This document shows, one piece after another, positions 32,883 through 36,678 of a stretch of DNA of 36,678 nt (position 1 is the stretch's first letter; each line of letters opens with the position of its first letter). Below the pieces are notes generated by a model that made no database searches, was not told the origin of the DNA, and saw only the letters and a list, made by a program, of their open reading frames with translations. This DNA comes from a virus, in the IMG/VR virus record IMGVR_UViG_3300045988_058288, positions 1-36,678 of that record. One strand, written 5' to 3'. Both the position numbers and the translations under genes were made by a program.

Positions 32883-33164
32883 CTAATTCATTAATGGTTC
32901 TGCATTTTGATTGATTCGCTCAACTTGATTCAATTTAAATAAGTAAGCTTTTGCTAAGAAGAAATTGTTTTCAACTTTTTCTTCTCCGTTTGTATCTGTA
33001 TATTTTTTCGCTTTTGGTTTCCAAAGTTTTGTACAAACTGTAGCATGCTCACCTTTCTTAACTTTGAATCCCATTTCTTTCCATTTTTGGAAAGTGTGCA
33101 ATGGTTCAAATTCTCCCATGCCTAATGTTTTCTTTGTGTTTTGGATAATTTCTTCGTTTGTCAT
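32883..33164 (-). CDS. ArdC N-terminal-domain-like (ssDNA-binding / anti-restriction-like) protein
   Basis: The segment HTFQKWKEMGFKVKKGEHA resembles the DUF1738/ArdC-N motif. This call is from recall only. Confidence 0.4.
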   Translation of the reverse strand: MTNEEIIQNTKKTLGMGEFEPLHTFQKWKEMGFKVKKGEHATVCTKLWKPKAKKYTDTNGEEKVENNFFLAKAYLFKLNQVERINQNAEPLMN

Positions 33165-33181
33165 TTCTTGTGTCCTCCTTA

Positions 33182-33427
33182 TTAATCCAAGTTTGCTCTT
33201 AAAAGACTTAATGTCTTTTTTGATTCATTCATAATTGTTTTTAATCTGTTTAATTCGAAACTGTAATATTGAAGCGTTTCAAATTTATTCTCATTAACAT
33301 CTAGAATTAAATCTTTCTTTAATGCTTCAATGTCGTTTTCTGCAAGCTTAATCTTTGTTTCTAACACCCAAATATAATTGTCTATGCCTTTTTCTTTTGG
33401 TTGTGTTGAATAATCAATTTTGTTCAT
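33182..33427 (-). CDS. Hypothetical coiled-coil protein
   Basis: ORF track, 81 aa. Confidence 0.5.
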   Translation of the reverse strand: MNKIDYSTQPKEKGIDNYIWVLETKIKLAENDIEALKKDLILDVNENKFETLQYYSFELNRLKTIMNESKKTLSLLRANLD

Positions 33428-33431
33428 TTTC

Positions 33432-33656
33432 TTAATCCTCCCATTTTAAAATTCCTTCTAATTCGTATTTGTATGATTTGTGAATCAACAATTCCTTTTC
33501 AAGTTGTTCAATCCTTTCGCAACTTCGCTTTACGCAATTTAAATTTTCTCTTTGTGCTTCATTAACCAACCATTCTTTTTCTTGTTCTAGTGAGCGTTCT
33601 TTGCTTTCAATTTGCCAATTTATTCTAACTAGCAACTTTTCAATTTCTTTTCTCAT
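33432..33656 (-). CDS. First early gene product, hypothetical coiled-coil protein
   Basis: The ATG at 33654-33656 has GGAGGAG plus 6 nt upstream. The track's ATG at 33671 lacks a Shine-Dalgarno. Confidence 0.5.
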   Translation of the reverse strand: MRKEIEKLLVRINWQIESKERSLEQEKEWLVNEAQRENLNCVKRSCERIEQLEKELLIHKSYKYELEGILKWED

Positions 33657-33670
33657 TTCTTGCTCCTCCA

Positions 33671-33700
33671 TGTTTTGTAATATTTTGTAATGTTTTGTAA
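33671..33700. repeat. Three tandem 10-bp repeats T(G/A)TTTTGTAA in the early-transcript leader
   Basis: tgttttgtaa / tattttgtaa / tgttttgtaa, read directly from the sequence. Confidence 0.7.
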
Positions 33701-33703
33701 CTT

Positions 33704-33790
33704 ACGTGTATAGTATACAACACAACGTGTACATTTACAAGTGTAAATTGTAATTTTTGTGTACATTTATATTTTTAATGATAAAATGAA
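33704..33790. promoter_or_regulatory. Divergent promoter/operator region of the lysis-lysogeny switch
   Basis: The minus-strand early promoter reads TTGTAA, 17 nt, TATACT (plus coordinates 33735-33740 and 33712-33717). The plus-strand repressor promoter has an extended -10 TGATAAAAT (33779-33787). GTGTACATTTA repeats sit at 33727-33737 and 33759-33769. The palindrome ATTTACA-AG-TGTAAAT spans 33733-33748. Confidence 0.55.
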
Positions 33791-33809
33791 ATAAAGGAGG
33801 TTATTTTTT

Positions 33810-34184
33810 TTGACTACAGGAGAAAGAGTAAAAGAGTTAAGGAATGCATTAAATTTAACTCAAACAGAGTTTGGCTCAAGAATTGGTGTTTCTAGAAATT
33901 CTGTTGCAAGCTATGAAAGTGGTGTTAGAAATATGAATGATTACATTCTTAAAAACATCTGTAGAACATTTAACGCCGATTATTTTTGGCTTACTGAAGG
34001 AATTGGAGATATGTTCTTGGATGTACCGGATAACACTATTGACGAACTCATAGAAGAATACCAAATCAACCCAAACCAAAAGCCACTTATAAAGGCTTAT
34101 CTAAAATCAAGCGAAGAAACAAAGGAAAGGTTATTAGATTTCATTTATGGAATCATTAAGGAATTAGACAATGAGAATTTATAA
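33810..34184 (+). CDS. XRE-family HTH repressor (CI-like)
   Basis: Contains the HTH RVKELRNALNLTQTEFGSRIGVSRNSVASYESG. TTG start 9 nt after AAGGAGG. Divergent from the early operon. Confidence 0.75.
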   Translation: MTTGERVKELRNALNLTQTEFGSRIGVSRNSVASYESGVRNMNDYILKNICRTFNADYFWLTEGIGDMFLDVPDNTIDELIEEYQINPNQKPLIKAYLKSSEETKERLLDFIYGIIKELDNENL

Positions 34185-34776
34185 AAAAAGGCGATATTCA
34201 ATCGCCATTGCATTAGTATTATGTTTAGGATTATTTATTCCTGTAAATGTATATGCTTTTAATAACGAAGTTCAATATTTAACTACATCAGAAGCAACTA
34301 AAGAATATAAGATTAAAAAGAAGGACATGAAAGCTCTTGTTAAGGTAATGAAAAAGCTAGGTGTTCCTAAGAAATATATTGATATTACAGATTATAAAAA
34401 AGATGTATTCACTATAAATTATCTTGAAAATAGCTATACTGCTACTGTTAAAAAAGGAAAAGTAAAACGTGTTAATCAAGGCGATTTCATTTTGTATAAA
34501 AAAGGTGAGGTATATCAAAAGATTACTGACTCATATATCACAAATTCAGATAAAATCGGTATTCATGAATCTGTAGAAAATGCAGTAAATGAAAATGTAG
34601 GAACTCAATGTACATTCCAAGATTATAAAGAATGGGATTATAGAAGAGCCGAGAACATCTTTACAATTAGAGGACAAGCCGAAGCAAACGGAACTACATA
34701 CAACTTTGAAGTGAGAGCTAGATGGGATAGAATGCACTCACACCCTATAACAATAGATTCGGTTACATTGCAATAA
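34171..34776 (+). CDS. Secreted or membrane-anchored protein co-transcribed with the repressor (moron; candidate superinfection exclusion)
   Basis: Signal-peptide-like N-terminus MRIYKKRRYSIAIALVLCLGLFIPVNVYA. No family recognised. Confidence 0.55.
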   Translation: MRIYKKRRYSIAIALVLCLGLFIPVNVYAFNNEVQYLTTSEATKEYKIKKKDMKALVKVMKKLGVPKKYIDITDYKKDVFTINYLENSYTATVKKGKVKRVNQGDFILYKKGEVYQKITDSYITNSDKIGIHESVENAVNENVGTQCTFQDYKEWDYRRAENIFTIRGQAEANGTTYNFEVRARWDRMHSHPITIDSVTLQ

Positions 34777-34804
34777 AAAAGAGCGAAATTTAATCGCTCT
34801 TTTC
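34775..34804. terminator. Bidirectional rho-independent terminator
   Basis: AGAGCGA-AATTTAA-TCGCTCT, flanked by an A-run on one side and a T-run on the other. Confidence 0.65.
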
Positions 34805-34918
34805 ATCTGTGGAATTTATCCAAATCCGTTGAGTATACTCATATACCTTTGCCACTTCTTTTTCTTCTAACTCTTCTAACATTCTATTAATTAATACATA
34901 CATTTCATACTTCGTCAT
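34790..34918 (-). CDS. Small hypothetical ORF (42 aa) downstream of the integrase gene
   Basis: GGGGGA plus 6 nt plus ATG. Encodes MTKYEMYVLINRMLEELEEKEVAKVYEYTQRIWINSTDEKSD. Not in the ORF track. Confidence 0.35.
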   Translation of the reverse strand: MTKYEMYVLINRMLEELEEKEVAKVYEYTQRIWINSTDEKSD

Positions 34919-35000
34919 GTGGCATCCCCCTTTCTTTATAATTATTAATAACTCTAAGGCTATAACACATATAACTATATTTCAAGGGTAATTTTTAGTT

Positions 35001-36098
35001 CTAGAATTTGTCTTTCTCCATAAATTGTACAATACCTTTATCTGCTTGTGGTAGCCAATGAGCGTATACTGAAAGCACTATATCGAGGTTATCTCCTAAT
35101 CTTTTCGCAATATCGTATACAGAGAAATTCACTGTTCCATCTGTAACCATATTGTTAATCATATAGCTTGCACATGAGTGCCTTAAATCATGTGTTCTAA
35201 TAATAGGTATCTGCTCATCTTTTTGTAGCTTGATATTTGTTATTCTGATTACACGTTTTAATTCATCTTGTACTCTATTCACATAGAACGGTAGTGTAGT
35301 TCCGAAAATATAATCATCTGCTTTTGCGTGTATCTTCTCTTTAAATGTCTTGTATTCATCAACTAAGAATTGTGGCATGGTAATTGTTCTATAACTGTTA
35401 TTTGTTTTAGGCGTTGTAGCCTTTCTAAGAGCGTTTGACCACGTTTTATTAATCTTTATAGTGTTATTAATAAGGTCAACATCTTTCCATTGCAGAGCCA
35501 ACGCTTCGCCTATTCTCATTCCCATGTAGAATTGATTCGTAAACAACAAATGAAATACTTCTTTTTCTTCATTTACAATAAACTTGTTGAATTGTTCTAC
35601 TGTCCAATATTTCATTTCCTTTTTCTTTTCGTTGGGGTCTTTTTTCAAATCAATCTTATTGCATGGATTTACTTGAATATACCCTTGCCTTACTGCATAG
35701 TTAAGAACTGCTCTGAATTTTGCATAGCAATTTACCATTGTAGAAAAAGACATGGATTCCAACAATTCATTTATTACAGATTCAATTTCATTTGTTGTAA
35801 TCTTTCTTATTTCACAATCGCCTAATCTATCTTCCCAAAGTTTCAATATAGCTCTTTGCGTTAAGTATGAGCTTTCCTTAATTCTCTTTTCCGAATATAC
35901 TTGATATTGATAAGATAGTTCATTGAATGTGATAGTTGCGTTTGGTTCTTTTAAATTCTCTTTGAAGATAATCTCTGCCTTTATAGCGTCTTTCTTTTTT
36001 TCAAAACCACGCTTCTTATATTGCTTGGTCTTTCCATTCAATTTGTATGAACCGTAATACATCCATTTGCCTGTTGCTTCATCTTTCTTGACTGCCAT
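35001..36098 (-). CDS. int: Tyrosine recombinase / phage integrase
   Basis: N-terminal SAM-like domain and a catalytic region containing HDLRHSCASY and LSVYAHW. The start is probably ATG 36096-36098 (AGAGGTG plus 6 nt), giving MAVKKDEATGKW. Confidence 0.85.
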   Translation of the reverse strand: MAVKKDEATGKWMYYGSYKLNGKTKQYKKRGFEKKKDAIKAEIIFKENLKEPNATITFNELSYQYQVYSEKRIKESSYLTQRAILKLWEDRLGDCEIRKITTNEIESVINELLESMSFSTMVNCYAKFRAVLNYAVRQGYIQVNPCNKIDLKKDPNEKKKEMKYWTVEQFNKFIVNEEKEVFHLLFTNQFYMGMRIGEALALQWKDVDLINNTIKINKTWSNALRKATTPKTNNSYRTITMPQFLVDEYKTFKEKIHAKADDYIFGTTLPFYVNRVQDELKRVIRITNIKLQKDEQIPIIRTHDLRHSCASYMINNMVTDGTVNFSVYDIAKRLGDNLDIVLSVYAHWLPQADKGIVQFMEKDKF

Positions 36099-36140
36099 TT
36101 CTTGCACCTCTTTTCTACATAATACACAAGAAAAAGGATA

Positions 36141-36172
36141 AAAAAAAGGCATATTTCAAGTAAAAATATGCC
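36141..36172 (-). terminator. Hairpin plus T7 terminator upstream of the integrase gene
   Basis: The minus strand reads GGCATATTT-TTACTTG-AAATATGCC followed by TTTTTTT. Confidence 0.55.
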
Positions 36173-36201
36173 AAAAATATGCCAATACTCCTATATATGC
36201 C
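36164..36201. repeat. AAATATGCC / ATATATGCC direct repeats (candidate integrase arm-type sites)
   Basis: Copies at 36164-36172, 36175-36183 and 36193-36201. Confidence 0.4.
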
Positions 36202-36222
36202 TTATATATAGGCTTTTATATA

Positions 36223-36678
36223 TTATACCATATTAAAATGAAATCCTTTATATTCAGCACTCGTATTTGTACATGCATTTACAAGTGTGTCTGACAAAAT
36301 TTTTAAATCACTTTCATTTACACCCTCATGATAAATTACATCCACAAGTTTGTCTTCATCATCATACGAAGAAGTTAATCCATTTTCAGCAATTTCTGTT
36401 TGAAATTGTTTAGCCGCCTCCTTAGAATCAAAGCTATATGTAAGTGTGACCGGAAGAATTTCTTCTTCAGCCTCTTTAAATCCCATAATATCCGATTCCA
36501 TATTTTTTAATGGACTTACACTTGGTTGAATCTCTTTTTCAATAGGTTCATCAATATCTGGGCATAAGAATTCATCTAACTCTTCCTGTCTTTGTTTATC
36601 ACGACGTACTTTGCCAGCAACTGCACATGCGCCAACTGTAATGGTTGCAGCACCTACTAAAAATTTAAAAAGATTCAT
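36223..36678 (-). CDS. Hypothetical membrane-anchored protein (flanking or cargo gene)
   Basis: 151 aa with N-terminal TM segment MNLFKFLVGAATITVGACAVAG. The start codon is at the window edge. Confidence 0.5.
   Translation of the reverse strand: MNLFKFLVGAATITVGACAVAGKVRRDKQRQEELDEFLCPDIDEPIEKEIQPSVSPLKNMESDIMGFKEAEEEILPVTLTYSFDSKEAAKQFQTEIAENGLTSSYDDEDKLVDVIYHEGVNESDLKILSDTLVNACTNTSAEYKGFHFNMV

Noticed and set aside
539-35825. Plus-strand ORFs in the track that lie inside minus-strand genes. Examples: 539-802, 1212-1511, 2093-2326, 3260-3466, 3641-3874, 4058-4324, 5253-5465, 6302-6502, 9186-9404, 14033-14521, 25741-26019, 28734-29039, 32587-32856, 35490-35825. The minus-strand ORF 33876-34079 inside the repressor gene falls in the same class.
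   Set aside because: They are antisense to well-supported genes, are rich in Leu/Ser/Phe/Ile low-complexity sequence typical of AT-rich antisense frames, and lack Shine-Dalgarno motifs.
154-36222. A shared 11-mer TATATATTATA near both window ends (about 160-170 and about 36213-36223), considered as a possible att core repeat.
   Set aside because: It is low-complexity AT sequence, and the match does not extend. The gene leaving the left edge may still be prophage, so the true junction may lie outside the window.
1-36678. CRISPR arrays, rRNA genes, or transposase/IS elements.
   Set aside because: No regularly spaced repeat-spacer array, no rRNA-like sequence and no transposase-like ORF were seen. 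The only mobile-element hallmark is the prophage integrase.

Overview
The window is almost entirely one temperate siphovirus-type prophage, about 36 kb, roughly 30% GC and Firmicutes/Clostridia-like. Nearly all genes are on the minus strand.

Gene order from right to left:
- A possible flanking gene (36223-36678).
- Tyrosine integrase, then a plus-strand XRE/CI-like repressor with a secreted moron.
- A divergent promoter/operator switch (33671-33790).
- About 45 small early genes, including an ArdC-N-like protein, a Sak/Rad52-like annealase, NinB/Orf-like and RusA-like proteins, a replisome organizer with internal iterons, a PAPS-reductase-like protein, a dimeric dUTPase and SSB.
- A sigma-region-4-like putative late regulator (22006-22332).
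- A 76-nt tRNA gene (21904-21979).
- The late operon: TerS, TerL, portal, an inserted fibre/XkdX module, head genes, tail genes, holin, a cargo module and a CHAP endolysin.

Main finding: at least 9, and probably 11, late genes have conserved N-terminal coding sequence upstream of their first ATG/GTG/TTG. These are terS, portal, two fibre proteins, major capsid, a gp10-like protein, major tail, tape measure, Dit, holin and endolysin. In each case the open frame begins at or just before an ATA codon. That ATA lies 6-9 nt (11 nt in one less certain case, and 4-8 nt at terS depending on how its AAAGGGGA motif is aligned) downstream of a strong Shine-Dalgarno motif.

The tRNA at the early/late boundary has a UAU anticodon, which is complementary to AUA. 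It also carries bacterial initiator-tRNA hallmarks: a 1x72 mismatch, G2:C71, C3:G70, A73-CCA, and A11:U24 in a GAGC/GCTC D stem.

I propose a phage-encoded AUA-reading initiator tRNA that licenses translation of ATA-initiated late genes. This is inference from sequence only; no searches or folding programs were run.
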